From the NCBI GenBank assembly GCA_964016885.1, contig OZ024744.1, forward strand, positions 86,614,001 through 86,678,000: 64,000 bases of DNA, written 5' to 3'. Below, piece after piece: positions 43,057 through 57,484 of this stretch. Below the pieces are notes generated by a model that was given only the letters and a program-made list of their open reading frames with translations, was not told where the DNA came from and searched no databases. Each line of letters begins with the position of its first letter. Positions within the stretch are counted from its first letter, which is position 1. The translations under genes were made by a program, and so were the position numbers. This stretch comes from Eledone cirrhosa (Eukaryota).

Positions 43057-44003
43057 ATATTCTGGCCACAGGAACTCAGGCACATACAAACACACATATG
43101 CTATTTCCGTTCAATTGGTTTACAGACATGCCTACGCATTTAAATATACATTGCCACACATTTCAACGAACATAGGTTCAACACGTGCCTAAAGACTTTA
43201 TGCATGGACATAGATTTACATAGAAAAGTATATTCACATTTACACACTGCATGCAAACACCCATCAAGCAACACGTGCAGATAACAGGCGCCTACGGAAA
43301 CAAGCATTCACACCCAATCTCACAATACACTAGAAATATAACCGACACAATAGATATAGCCTACAATATTATGCACCGAATATTTGGAGAAATCAGAGTG
43401 TGGGTATATGTGATGAGATGTACGTGCCCGTTTGTTTATTTTGAACAGATATTGATCATAGATTTATCCTAAATAATCTCCATATATATATATATATATT
43501 GTTATACTTGGGGAGGGTCATATTGTTGTAATAATATTGCCAGAAATAATAACAGAACACAATCACTGTTTGGTTTGGGTTGATTTTTTTCTCAATTGTA
43601 AAGGAAAAGATAACTCCAACCTTATTTGCTAACCAATAAATTTGATGAATGGTTTACTCAGAAAGTATGTAGAGATAATTATATATTATTTTGTGCGAGA
43701 TTATTTTTTTCAAGGATGAGAATTTCAATTACATATTCTTTACGTCGAAAGATGTGTGAACAGTTTGAAGATTAAAAAGAGGAAAAAAGTATTATGCATT
43801 TTGAAGAACTATCGCAAAGAGGATATCTTTCAGAATGTCAATTAAAGATTATCAATATACATCTAAAATATTTGCATACTTTTCTTAATAATTTGAAATA
43901 TTTGACTTTTCTTCTCTTTCCCTTTTTCCTTTACTATCCAGGAAAAACTTGAACCGTTAAGATCTTCTTCCTGGATATGTCAATATTTATAAAACAAACA
44001 TTG

Positions 44004-44064
44004 TATTTTATCTGATGAGAGCGTACCAAAGTTTTGGTACCCTTGAAATATATATAATAGAATA
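44004..44064 (+). ncRNA. Minimal type-I hammerhead ribozyme (intact core)
   Basis: TATTTTAT-CTGATGA-GAG-C-GTACCAA-AGTT-TTGGTAC-C-CTT-GAAA-TATATA-TA-ATAGAATA. Confidence 0.75.
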
Positions 44065-44399
44065 AATATGGTTTTATAAATATAGTTTCCATTTATTTAT
44101 TATCATTGAATATTATACTCCAGAAATCTGTCGAGTGCTTTGAATCAATTATAAATATTTATATTTGTTGAATTATCAACAAATTAAATATCACCTTTGA
44201 TTATATATATATATATATATATACATATTTACTCTTTTACTATCTTACCTGTTCCAGCCATCCGGCTGATGCCATGCCGTGGCACCGCCATTGTTGCAAT
44301 ACATTGTCTCTCCAACTTGTGTTGGCTCGTATTAGGTTACCTCCGTACCGTGGGCTCATCCGGGATTTTAGAAAGCAGAGTGGCATGATGTTTCTTGAA

Positions 44400-44587
44400 A
44401 ATAACCACGTCCACACTATGCTGATCTCTCAAATTTCTTGGCAGCTTGTTGAAGAGTTGAGGGGATTAGAACTCCATGCTATTGCAACATCTGCTCCTTA
44501 TTCTAGATGTTTGGTACAGTGACGTCCTGTTCGGGAGTCGGTCCAGCTCTCAATGCCAAGGTATGGTGTTAGTCCCTCCTGTATTTT

Positions 44588-44680
<93 letters not shown>

Positions 44681-45913
44681 TGCATATCTCTACTGTCTTC
44701 GTTCAAATAAGTAGAGTTTCAGTTCGTATAGCCTCTCCCAGTAGCCCATCTCATTCATCAAGCTCCATGGTTACTTTGATACAACGGAGTAACCGCAGTT
44801 GGAGGCAGTAATCCAGTTAGTTTAGGACACATGTCCTCCATAATATCAACATGGCCTCTCTGTCTCTTGTCCGGAAAGTCTTCAAGATCCAACCAGCGAG
44901 TCGCCTGCACATTGTCGCCACCCTCATGGTGTGTGAAGAAAAGGATGCATCGTCACTCACGTCTATCCCCAGGTCTCCTATCGATTTCGACACGGGGATT
45001 TCGATCCCTCCTGGTCCGATGTAGCTGTGTTGTATTGTCTTTGTGTTAGCAGGCTGGCATTGTGGGGCTTGCAACTTTTCAGCATTAAACTGCATGTTGT
45101 TGTCTTCAGTCCATTTGTATATGGCATCCAGATCTTGTTTTAAAGGGGCAGCACTAGCCGGTTTTTCTATTGACTGTGCTACGTTTGCCTCATCAGCATA
45201 GATAATGGGGGGATGTTTTGTGTACTACAGAGTGCATGTCTGAGAGGGCCACCAAACACAGTAGTGGTCCCAAGACTGTGCATTGGGGTATCCCACTTTT
45301 TATTGATGTTTCCTTCGAGAGGGCCCCATTGGGTGCAACTGTCTGGCTTCTGCCTTTTAAGAAATCATGCAGCTACTCACCTACCTTTCCAGTCATGCCT
45401 AGTCTGTGTAGTTTGAGGCATATCATTCTGTGGACGACCTTGTCAAAGGGCATCATAAAGTGAAGATATATCACGTCGACATGTGAGCAGTCTAGCAGTT
45501 GTTTAAGTAGCAACAGCTGTGTAAGACAGCTTCTTCCTGGGCGAAGGCCATGCTGCATATTTGTTAGGCGGTCATTTTCCTCGAGGAACGTGATCAGTTT
45601 TTTCTGATGATTTGCTCCATGACCTTACTGATATGTGACGTCAGGAAGACTGGCTTGTATATTTTAGCCTCCATTTTGACTCCTCCTTTATGGATAGGGC
45701 ATATTGTGGTTTCTTTTAGCTCACTGGGTAGTCTTCCGAAAACGAAAGAACTTCTGAAGGGGATCTTCAGTAGTTCCGCTAAGGCACGTTTACATGATTT
45801 TAGGAGGACTGATTGGAATTCATCAGGTCCAGCAGCTGAGTTTCTTCTAATTTCTTCTATGGCGGATAAAACTTCATCCTCCGTTATGTCTATGTGGTTG
45901 ATGGTCGCCATTT

Positions 45914-45915
<2 letters not shown>
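44400..45915 (-). mobile_element. Degraded CR1-group LINE RT fragment interrupted by (TA)n
   Basis: [75 protein letters not shown] and DLGIDVS. Confidence 0.85.
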
Positions 45916-45973
<58 letters not shown>

Positions 45974-46120
45974 CACATATATATATTGTTACAGATAGGG
46001 GAATACAAAAACGAACTATGTATATGTTTGTGTGTGTATATATATACATACACACACACATATATACATATATAGTTCGTTTTTGTATTTCCCAATCTAT
46101 AACAATATACTGTATATATG

Positions 46121-46186
<66 letters not shown>

Positions 46187-46188
46187 TG

Positions 46189-46239
46189 AGATTCTACAGG
46201 ACTAGAACTGTTTTATTCATTAGAAATCATCAGGAATCT
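46189..46239 (-). ncRNA. Type-I hammerhead with full stem III (G12A-mutated copy)
   Basis: AGATTC-CTGATGA-T-TTC-TAAT-GAA-T-(A)AA-ACAG-TTCTAGTC-CTGT-A-GAATCT; sister copies at 46530-46625 retain GAAAC. Confidence 0.55.
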
Positions 46240-46492
46240 GGGTATCAAAAAATAAAAATGGTATTTATAGGTCTCTACAAGTGGTAGGAGAGGGTGGGGA
46301 GTGGGATGGGTGTAGGTCATTGGTTGATAGAAAAGGGAATTCATTAAAAGCTAATTCTACAAAGCTATAGTTTATTTTTATTTATTTATGTTTTTAGAGT
46401 AACAAGGGCAGACAGAATTCTATAAACAGGTTCCGGATGGCATACCATTCCTTGTCATTAAGTTTCTCTTAAGCTAACAGATGTCTATAAGA

Positions 46493-46655
46493 TAGAATCT
46501 CATCTATATTAAAACTTTTATACTCTGCTATGAATGAAACAGTTCTAGTCCTGTAGAATCTCATCTATATTAAAACTTTTATACTCTGCTATGAATGAAA
46601 CAGTTCTAGTCCTGTAGAATCTCATCTATATTAAAACTTTTATACTCTGCTATGT
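46493..46655 (+). repeat. 61-bp tandem repeat (~2.6 copies) containing the 3' half of the adjacent hammerhead in inverted orientation
   Basis: Repeated unit 'tagaatctcatctatattaaaactttt.tactctgctatgaatgaaacagttctagtcctg'. Confidence 0.9.
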
Positions 46656-46717
46656 ATTGAGTACCTTACTTACTGTGGTTACCTCCGATTCAACCCGGAA
46701 TAACGTATATATATATA

Positions 46718-47414
46718 TAAAACGATAAATGGAAAAGAATGAAACGAGCATTGTAAGGCGTAATTCGGGCTGTTTATTTACAAACAAACCCATCATTATA
46801 ATAAATATTCGGTAAATCCATACGTACATATATATATATATGTGTGCATGTATGTATATATATATATATACATACTACTGTACGTCTGTACACATATATG
46901 TATGTACGTATACATACTTATATTTAGGTATCAGCCGTACTAAGAGTGAGAAATGAAATTTCGTTTCATTCTTTTCCATTTATCGTTTTCTGTGAGCCCG
47001 GCCTACTAACTCACTCAATATGCAAATTAGGCTGCTCAGCCGTTAATATGCATGAGGAAAGTATATACTTTCAAACGTTCAATCATCTGACAGAAAGGTA
47101 TACCATGCTGACGATAGCTAATAAGCTTGAAACTAGCACATCGTTCCTGTGTCATTGTATAACAAATGGGCGACGATGGTTGCCGAGCACTGTACGGCGT
47201 AATTCGGGCTGTTTGTTTACAAACAAACCGAACATTATAATAAATGTTCGGTGAACCCATACGTACATATATATATATGTGTGTGCATGTATGTATATAT
47301 ATATACATACTACTGTACGTCTGTACACATATATGTATGTGCGTATACATACTTATATTTAGGTATCAGCCGTACTAAGAGTGAGAAACGACATTTCTTT
47401 TCACTCTTTTCCAT
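46718..47414. repeat. ~230-bp direct repeat pair (46746-46979 and 47185-47414) with a ~29-bp inverted end copy
   Basis: Directly alignable; aaaacgataaatggaaaagaatgaaacga is the reverse complement of ~46961-46989. Confidence 0.85.
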
Positions 47415-47444
47415 ATATATATATACATACATATATATATGTGC

Positions 47445-47480
<36 letters not shown>

Positions 47481-47797
47481 AAAAATTGAACGGGAACAAA
47501 ACAGAGAGGCAGTACGAACAAAGATTTATTAGTTTCACGCTCTTGAGATTGGGGTGGTGGTGGTGGGGGGGGGGGGGGACGTTTCGGGCATAATCCCTTC
47601 TTCAGGTGGAAAGTGTGTGTGTGGGAAGAGAGTTCCAAGGGTGTGTGGGGGAGTGGTGGAGATATATATATATATATATATATCATGTAGATAAATGTTT
47701 AATATAAGGAATTGTTTATTCATTATTTGTTTAATATTTTATATATATATATCTATATATATATATGTGTGTGTGTGTGTGGGTATATATATATGTC

Positions 47798-47830
<33 letters not shown>

Positions 47831-48000
47831 GTGTGCATGTTTGTATGTTTGAGACACAGCAGGAGCCTTTTGCGACGTACAAGGTCCAACATAAGGTAAT
47901 TTGCATTGGAACCTTATCCTCTGACTTCCCCTCTCTCTCATCATATTAACACCTTAATCATCACTACAGTATATTCCTGCTGTTATTGTTTTCTGTGTTG

Positions 48001-48184
48001 GGCGGTGGATTGGCAGTATCGGTAGAGGGTCGGACGCTATGCTTTCCAGCATAGTTACGTCCCTTTACGATCTGAGTTCAATTCCCGCCGAGGTTGGCTT
48101 TGCCTTTCATCCTTACGGGGTCGATAAAATAAAGTACCAGTAATGCACTGGGTAATTGCTGGCCTTGTGCCTAAAGTAGAAACA
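48001..48184 (+). mobile_element. Young full-length tRNA-derived SINE with a 19-bp perfect TSD
   Basis: gttattgttttctgtgttg at 47982-48000 and 48185-48203. Confidence 0.95.
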
Positions 48185-48550
48185 GTTATTGTTTTCTGTG
48201 TTGATGTTGTTGTCGCCTTCGTCGTCGTTATTTTTGTTGTTGATTTTGCGGTTGTTGTTATTGTTGCCTGCCTGACTGTCTGGCTGTCTTCTTCTTCTTC
48301 TTCTTCTTCTTCTTCTTCTTCTTCTTCTTCTTCTTCTTCTTCTTCTTCTTCTTCTTCTTCTTCTTCTTCTCACCCCATCCCCTTCCCTCTTCTTCTACCC
48401 ACCTTTCCCTTCTACCCCTTTCTCATCTTCTTCATGTCGATACTGCTGTTGTTTGTATCGTTTTGTTGTTACTTTCCTTCATTTAATTGTTACTATGGAA
48501 TTCTATCTTTTTCTCCGTCTGTCACTTTCTCCCAATCTCACTCTTCTCTC

Positions 48551-48589
<39 letters not shown>

Positions 48590-48624
48590 CTCTCTCTACC
48601 TGCCCCTTTGTTTCTTTCTATCTT

Positions 48625-48662
<38 letters not shown>

Positions 48663-48727
48663 CTTCTTTCTGTCATTCTATCTATCTATCTATCTTTCTT
48701 TCTATTTTTTTCTTTTTGTCCCCTTTT

Positions 48728-48787
<60 letters not shown>

Positions 48788-48869
48788 TCCTTTCACCATC
48801 TATCTTCTTTTTCCCCCTTCTTTCCACCCATTATTTATTTCTTATTTATTTATTTATTTATTTATCTAT

Positions 48870-48912
<43 letters not shown>

Positions 48913-49205
48913 TATAGAATGGTAGTTTAACGGTGATGAAAACGCCAAATCGTTCGTTTTATGTAAGGAAATTGATAGGGAATGTGGAGATGTGATATAG
49001 TAGAGGGGAGACGGGTGTCATGTGAAGAACTCTATGAGGGAAAGGGAGTGAAATATATACATACAGTTACGAAATGGTAGCTTGCAAAGCGAAAGAAACA
49101 AATAAGTAAACTCAGTTACACATGTTTATTTCTAATTCAAAACACAGGCACACACACAGGATCATACACAAACATGTACATACATGCATGCGAACATACA
49201 TATGT

Positions 49206-49280
<75 letters not shown>

Positions 49281-49316
49281 TATGTGTGTGTATGTGTGTG
49301 TATATATATATATATG

Positions 49317-49387
<71 letters not shown>

Positions 49388-49457
49388 GCAAGTTAGTGTG
49401 TGTGTGCGATTTCTTTTGTTATCTATTTCTAGTCATTAATGTTATTGTTATTACTAC

Positions 49458-50058
49458 GTTCAAATCCCGCCGAGGTTGACTTTGCCTTTCATCCTTACGG
49501 GGTCGATAAAATAAAGTACCAGTAATACACTGGATAATTGCTGGCCTTGTGCCTAAAGTAGAAACAGTTATTACTACAGATGTTGTTCATGTCGTTTTGT
49601 CTTATATTGTCATTGCTACTCCTACTGATGTGATTTTATTGCTATTGTTTGTTAACATATTTATAGAACAACTGTTTCTACTTTTGACACAACACCAGCA
49701 ATTATCCCAGTGTATTACTGGTACTATATTTCATCGACCCCCGTAAGGATGAAAGGCAAAGTTAACCTCGGCGGGATTTGAACTCAGACTATAAACGGCC
49801 ATAACTCTATGCTGCAAAGCAAGGCGTCCGGCCCTCTACCGATTCTGCCAATCCACCTCGATTTTAGAATAAGTGTTTCTACTTTTGGAACAAGACCAGC
49901 AATTACCCCAGTGTATTACTGGTGCTTTATTTTATCGACCCCGTAAGGATGAAATGCAATGTTAACCTCGGCGGGATTTGAACTCAGAATGTAAAGCGCT
50001 GTAAAGGCATGGTGTAAAGGCATGGTGTCCGAGCCTCTACCTATACTGAAAATCCCCA
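49458..50058. mobile_element. Cluster of three SINEs (49458-49566 +, 5'-truncated with TSD gttattactac; 49670-49858 -; 49872-50058 -)
   Basis: Similarity to the family consensus. Confidence 0.88.
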
Positions 50059-50837
50059 CGATTATAGAATGATGGTGAAATACTGAATAACAACAGCATT
50101 TTGTTTTCATTTTGTAACATCTTATTTTAAATGAGTCTCCACAACCCAAATTCTATTAAATTATTCAAGGAATACTTTGCAGTACAATGGAACGTAGTAG
50201 TGCAATATAGTGCAGTACTGTGATGCTTACCGTAGGGCAGTCTAATGGAACATTGTAGAGTCGTGAAATGTAGTGAATGCGCTTTAGACTTAGTTTATTG
50301 TAGCGATACATTCTCCGTCGGCAACCATTTGAAATAGGCATTAGAAACAAGCTTTTTCGCCACAAATGCTACTTTTCTATCTTACATCGTACCGTTGGTT
50401 TTCAGATGTGTTTCTTTTCGAATGTATAGCACTGGGATATATCTGGTGCCTGAGTTCCCGAACCACCACTCTTGTAATGCGTGTGATAGGATATAAACCG
50501 TCCACAGCTCGACTGGTTGATCATTCCCTTTCATTATTAACAATTTGCAATGATTTAGCAGAAAATATAGGAAAATAGCTCTGTTAGCTTAAATATTTAG
50601 AGTATCTTTACTAGAAGATGCTAATTTATACTTTTCATGAATGCTAGTTATGTGGCTTAATATGTGGTGTAGGATGTTAAGATCTAATGACCCAAACCTC
50701 GGCATCATTTAGACTGACACATACATCATCACGAAGTGAACAATATTCATTGAACTGCAATTTGTCAGACCCGTATATTCAATGAGTATTAGAAGACAAG
50801 AATCGATTTAGAGCGTCACTGGAGATGTTATCTAATA

Positions 50838-51056
50838 ATGGTTTCTTATTTAGGCACAAGGCCAGCAATTTGGGAGGAAGGGAAAGTCCATTAAATCGAC
50901 TCCAGTGCGCGACTGGTACTTTATTTTATCGACCCCGTAAGGATCAAAGGCAAAGTTAACCTTGGTGGGATTTGAACACAGAACGGACAGGCCCGTAACT
51001 GTATGCCGCGAAGCATGTTGTCCGACGCTCTACCGATACTGCCAATCCACCGCCCT
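50838..51056 (-). mobile_element. Full-length SINE (long subfamily) with a 14-bp TSD
   Basis: gatgttatctaata at 50824-50837 and 51057-51070. Confidence 0.93.
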
Positions 51057-52238
51057 GATGTTATCTAATAGAATCAATTAAAACTCTCTATGTTGTGTTA
51101 CATAATTAGCAAATTAATAACATAATTGAAATATCGACGTTATTAAATCTAATTACATATTAGATACAAAGAAAAAACGTATTAAAAGTTTTATATTGTT
51201 TTATGTAGTGTTTTATTGTTTTGTTTTTCTTTTATTTAATAGAATTGATAATGGCAAAATTCGATTGAGCGTTGAGCACAAAAATGCTTTGTGGTAATTG
51301 TACCAGCTCTATACATTCAAATGTACTAGTCATGTACCGCCAGCTACTAGTTTCACCCTCTCTTCCTCTACCATTCTCTCCTCTATTTATCTATGTTCAG
51401 ACTGTTATTAGTACTCATGCTTTGTTGTTGATGCGACTGTTATTGCTGTTCTGATCCGAAGATAGATACATTGGTAAATATATATAGGTCTGTTACATGA
51501 AACCATCCAAAATATGAATCGGACATGTTGGATATAGATAGAATATACTGTATAGTATGGAACATTTTTTTTTTTTCAATAATTATTAAGAGTGGTTGAA
51601 TCGGGTGCATGTTCGACTATATATATTTACTAGAATTCGACGTTTTAAGTGCATTTCCAACCAGAGTCAGAATTTTCTCTTTTTACCTATATAAGAGTCG
51701 AGAATAAAATCACAGAAAATAGTGTGTAGCAGGCGGAAGCCGTCTGAAACAGAGTCCGTACTGATTGGCACACCACCCCCGTATCAATTCTATTCTTTAT
51801 TTATATTTCACCGTAATCCAATAATTGATTACTTTAATCTTTGTCAATTAAACTTGATGACGAAACTAAATGGCTTACATCATGATATGATGGCGTAAGC
51901 CTGCCAGCCATAGAAATACGTATTATGATTTTTGGAACATTAAAACTATATTTGGACACAGGCCTTCATTTTTAATTGAAGTATATATACGCACGTGTGT
52001 TTTTTTTTTCACTCCAAATTTTTTTCTCATTTTCCCCGTTCCTCCCTCTCATTACTCTTTACTTTCTACTTATCTTCTATTTCCAACTCTATCTTCTGAT
52101 GAAGAAATATTGTCCCAAACGTTAAGAATCTCTTCTTGTTATTTCAAGCGTTAAACTAATACATTTATTCCATGAACGAATCCGTCTCTTTTGTTATGTT
52201 TGTTTACCTTTTACACACACACACACGTGTTTATATAA

Positions 52239-52329
<91 letters not shown>

Positions 52330-52390
52330 AATGTATGCCAATACTGGAATTGAACAATCAAGGCCGTAGTGGTATGTCATATATCAAATC

Positions 52391-52460
52391 ATATATTTTG
52401 TCTGATGAGGACGTACTGAATAAACAACACAATACCTGAAATATATATAATAAAGTATAT
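52391..52460 (+). ncRNA. Minimal type-I hammerhead (weak stem II)
   Basis: ATATATTTTGT-CTGATGA-GG...CCT-GAAA-TATATA-TA-ATAAAGTATAT. Confidence 0.55.
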
Positions 52461-52720
52461 ATTTTGATTATGAGAATATTTTTCATTTGTTAATATTTTG
52501 AATAATATATATATATATATAAACATATGCCAAAATCTCCATTGGGGAATACAAGCTAGACAACCTAATATAAGAAAATTTCGCTCGTATCATGTCCTTA
52601 ACTGCTGTTTCTGGAATAAAGAAACAATATTAATTATCCTAATATATTAAGACAACCGATATTGGCATTTACCTTTTCATTAAGATGTCCAAGTATATTA
52701 GGGGCAAACAATGTTTTGTT

Positions 52721-52829
<109 letters not shown>

Positions 52830-53011
52830 AATAAATAAATATATATATATATATATATATATATTAAAGAGTTACACAAGATTCAATGAGTATATCAGAG
52901 AATGAGTTTTACAGTAGATTGGAAGCACTCTACAGTAAATTAATTTTCCAGAGTTATTAATATTAAAATACAAATATTAATAAAATAGATGTTCTTTTGA
53001 TCAATTACATT

Positions 53012-53059
53012 TTATTATACATATTTCGGAGGTACAACAGTACATCCTCATCAGACAAT
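53012..53059 (-). ncRNA. Minimal type-I hammerhead inside a ~46-bp inverted repeat (52963-53008 / 53065-53111)
   Basis: TTGT-CTGATGA-GGA-T-GTAC-TGTT-GTAC-C-TCC-GAAA-TATGTA-TA-ATAA. Confidence 0.7.
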
Positions 53060-53743
53060 CCTCCGTAATTGATCAAAAGAACATCTATTTTATTAATATA
53101 TGTATTTTAATATATATATATATATATATATACGTATATATTAGCGAACGCACGATAGGTGTATGTATGCTTGTGTATATAACCTTATACACATGTGTGT
53201 ATAAATATATATGGATGTGTATGTGCTTGAATACGCGCGAATACATTGGTATTTTATGTAAGCGTATGTTTGTTTGTATGTATGTATATATGTATGGATG
53301 TATATATGTATGGATGTATATATGTATGTATGTATGGATGTTTGTTTGTATGTATGTATGTATATATGTATGGATGTATACATGTATGTATGGATGGATG
53401 TATGGTGTATGGACGGATAGATAGATATATATTTATGTGTGTATCTTTATATGTATGCATGCACACATTGTGAGTGTGTATTTAGGTGTACATATGAATA
53501 AGTACTTAGCCGTATAAGAACCCTTATATTCTTTAAGTAGGCACGAAAAACCAAACAAAAGTTAAGTGTCCCGCCAAAAGAATACAATGCAAATGCCTGA
53601 AGCGAGATACGAACTCATGGCCCACATGTCAGTAACTATTTAACCTACCTACTCATAGCGCCTCCTGCCTCGCGCTAGTTTGTTATGCTTACAATCAATC
53701 ATACAATAAAATATATAAACACACAAATAAATAAATAAATAAC

Positions 53744-53791
<48 letters not shown>

Positions 53792-54015
53792 GTTAAAATA
53801 GAAAATATGGCGAATGCTATTCAGTTTGAAAGAAATAGGAAAGTAAATGATTCCTAATGAACACACGAAAACCTCATATGAAATATATTCCAGAGGAATC
53901 CACGTAACGTAATCAATCGGTTATCGTCATAAAAATTAATGTTTCACAAATGTTTTGTGAATAATGTCATACACTGTTATCATTTAAATAGTATAGTCCA
54001 ACAATCTATATTTAA

Positions 54016-54257
54016 CTCTTTAGCATTTACACTATTCTATATTTACTATTGTATTCTTGTGATTAATGCTTTATCTTACATAATTACCTCACATAATATC
54101 GAATCTATGAAATTTTGATGTAATTTTTTTTTTAGAACAATAGCTTATTGTAGGTATGAGTGGCCAGTTACAGCCAGTTTGAATAGAAAGAGGTGAGATA
54201 ATTCTGGCCGGATATGGCCGGATATGGCCGGATATGACCGGTTTAAATGCTAAAGGG
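54016..54257. mobile_element. piggyBac-type MITE (~242 bp) with TTAA flanks
   Basis: TTAA|ctctttagcattta ... taaatgctaaaggg|TTAA; subterminal (ggccggatat) repeated ~3.5 times. Confidence 0.75.
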
Positions 54258-54429
54258 TTAAGAAATATATTTAAACAAGAAAAGCTTTAACAAAAGTTCG
54301 ATTAGCATCGTGTTTTTATATAACATCTTTGAATGACATGTGTACGCATATGCAAAGTTTATGCATTATAAACTTACATAAGCCTCAATGTTGTGCCTTA
54401 AACTGTAATCATGCCATAACTACACCACA

Positions 54430-54870
54430 TGTCTCTTTGCATGCGGTTGATGAAGTGTTGGATGTGTCTTTCCATTTCTGTTGGGTCGCACATGCGGGAC
54501 ACATTCTTCATCACTCGTACCAAATCTGCGATCAGAATATTAAACTTAGCACTACTGGACATTGCTGAGTCTTTGAGTATCAGGTATTTGGAGGCCATGG
54601 GTTTAGCATAGTGTGAGTGGAGAATTTCGGCTCTCTCGTCTATAGTGTTAATCCAGAGTTCCGTGTCTAATACAGGTAGTCTATTGTTAGGGTGTTTGGA
54701 AGGGTAGTCGATAATTACAGTAATACTCTGGTGTATGGAATTAGCTATCTGCTGGATGCTTTCCATTGTGCTACGTTCTAAATCAAACTTGTTAGTGCTC
54801 TCTAGTGGGGATGTTCTTATAACTATATTGATATCGTCTACGTAACGAGAGTACATGATGAGGACTAAAT
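54430..54870 (-). mobile_element. Penelope-like reverse transcriptase / thumb fragment
   Basis: RYVDDINIV...RLPVLDTELW...HSHYAKPMASKYLI..SAM...KFNILIADLVRVM. Confidence 0.8.
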
Positions 54871-54913
54871 AAAGATGGCGTAGAAATACACTGCAACGGG
54901 AGGAATCTATAGC

Positions 54914-54955
54914 ACCACTGACGATGTTGCAGATGTGCAACGAAAGAACTTTGAT
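54914..54955 (+). ncRNA. Minimal type-I hammerhead next to the Penelope RT fragment (opposite orientation)
   Basis: ACCA-CTGACGA-T-GTTGCA-GATG-TGCAAC-GAAA-GAAC-TT-TGAT; same GAAAGAACTTTGA as 32917. Confidence 0.65.
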
Positions 54956-55157
54956 AAACTATATATATGTGTTTGTGTCTATATTGTATCTATTATTTTT
55001 GACCGTTGGGCAGTCAATGGCAACATTGAAGACCTAATAATAAATTAGATTACCGATATAAAAGACACAGAAGCGAAAAGCGAAAACCAAACAAACAGTG
55101 AGTGTGTTCTGTTATTAATTCTGCCAATATTACACAAATATGACCCTCCCCAAGTAT

Positions 55158-55214
<57 letters not shown>

Positions 55215-55232
55215 ATCTGTTATTTTAATAAA

Positions 55233-55300
<68 letters not shown>

Positions 55301-55318
55301 ATCTGTTATTTTAATAAA

Positions 55319-55414
<96 letters not shown>

Positions 55415-55435
55415 TTTATTAAAATAACAGATTAA

Positions 55436-55485
55436 AGTTTAAGCAAAGAATCGCTGCTTTCACACTTAACAGGATCTTCTGAAAA
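55436..55485 (-). ncRNA. Second copy of the CAGAAGA hammerhead-like family
   Basis: Reverse complement of 13281-13330, with a damaged stem II. Confidence 0.4.
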
Positions 55486-55557
55486 ATATTTGCTCTACGG
55501 TTTTTATATATACTTATCGAGCCCTCTTCGGATTTTAGTCTTCACATTTATTATTAT

Positions 55558-55644
<87 letters not shown>

Positions 55645-56314
55645 GGTATCCACTGTAATCGCATTACTATATCACATTATCTTATCATAATTTTCATCTT
55701 TTAATATACTATCTTTCCTAGCCATAACATTAATTTATATTCACCTTAAAACTCAATACAACACTAATCACCATTTATTTTGACATTCCTTTTAAATTCA
55801 CTATACAAGATACATTCAACTATCAGTTTGACAATCCCCTTCCTTCCTAATAGATTTTTATGCCATTTCTACTAACATCTTTCAACCATTCCTTTCAAGG
55901 GTCATGACCTCAACTAAAGTGTATTACTTTTCATCTTAACACTATATGAAAAAAACAATTTGATTTGTTAGTTCTTCAACTACCTCCAAAGATGGACATG
56001 ATACTAATTCTGAGTAAAATTATTATTGAATAAAATTATTATTGCTTTTGAAAACAGCTGGAGATATGCATGTAAGTAAATATTCTCTCTATCTGATAGT
56101 TTGTAAACTTACATAGATCAATAACTGAGTATAGATACAATGTATTATCACCATCTAGAAACGATCGTAACGCAGTGAAGTATATCTCTAATGACTTGAT
56201 GTTTTATTTCATTGTTTAAACCTACCGACTCTAACAGTCATTCTCTCTGTTAGCCTCTTCCTCACCCGTCACTCACTAACTCTCTGTTACTACCTCTCCT
56301 CCTCCTCCTTCTTC

Positions 56315-56550
56315 CCGTTTGACCTGTGCGTAATTCTTTTCTTTCGCACGCTTGGTCAGGCTGGTTCGCCTTTTTTCTCTCTCTCGTCTACGATTTCACA
56401 GAACTTATGTTCACCGAATTCACAGACTAGATTCCTTCTTCCCCCCGTTAGACCTGTACGGAATTCCTTCCTTGCTCACATTCCAACCAGGTTTGATGGT
56501 CTTTATTCTCTCTCGCTCACGATTTCACCGAACTTATATTCATGGAAATT
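56315..56550. repeat. Diverged ~128-bp tandem duplication
   Basis: 'ccgtt.gacctgt.cg.aattc...ctctctcg...acgatttcac.gaacttat.ttca' occurs twice. Confidence 0.7.
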
Positions 56551-56845
56551 TGGGACGTGACTCGTTCTTCCTCATTTTTCGTTGCTTCACCATCTTTGTC
56601 CCCTTTATTTACGTGTTCCAACGACTTTTTTTAGCCGTTGCTGGCACCAACCGGAGGTATATGGTCTTTAAAAGGGATGAAATACCAATGATGGTTGGAA
56701 GATCACTGATGAAGGACTAACTTTATTCATATATATATATATATGAGTGTGTGTGTATGTAAAAAGTAAACAGAAATAACAACAGAACCGGTACACTATA
56801 TGGAAGGAATATATTTGTTTAACGCTTGATATAGGAGGAAGAGGG

Positions 56846-56881
56846 TCTTAACATTTCGGATGCTAGTCCATCATCAGAAGA
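56846..56881 (-). ncRNA. Ultra-minimal hammerhead (no stem III loop) in a ~220-bp repeat (56760-56975)
   Basis: TCTT-CTGATGA-T-GGA-CTAGCA-TCC-GAAA-TG-TT-AAGA. Confidence 0.6.
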
Positions 56882-56997
56882 AAGAATGAGTAATTAGAAT
56901 CATTGAAGGTACGAGCAGGGCAGAATCGGAAAAATGTTTTTAGAAAAGAATAACAGGTTCATTAATTTTACCATTTCTTGGAATATATATATATATT

Positions 56998-57087
<90 letters not shown>

Positions 57088-57388
57088 TATATATATGCAT
57101 ATACACATATATGCATACTAAGTATATATATAAATAAATATACATATATTTAGCTACAACAGTCACGTATACAGGTGTTTAAGTTGGGTTATACGTTTTT
57201 AATTTTTTTATATTTATTTTATATAACAGGCTGAAGGTGTTGTGGTGTATAACCCAACGAAATTTAAGTATCTGTATATGTCACTGTTATAACAAACTAT
57301 ACTCCCGATATGGACTCCATGCTCTTACCCTTGGATATTTCTACCAAACTTATACTACGGTATATATATATATGTGTGTGTGGGTGTG

Positions 57389-57484
<96 letters not shown>

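Noticed and set aside
46493-46655. CRISPR-like array (also considered for 60560-60935 and 23650-24030)
   Set aside because: Head-to-tail units without unique spacers, no cas genes, eukaryotic context
48001-48090. tRNA gene (box A / box B)
   Set aside because: This is the head of a multi-copy SINE with body, tail and TSD, not a cloverleaf gene
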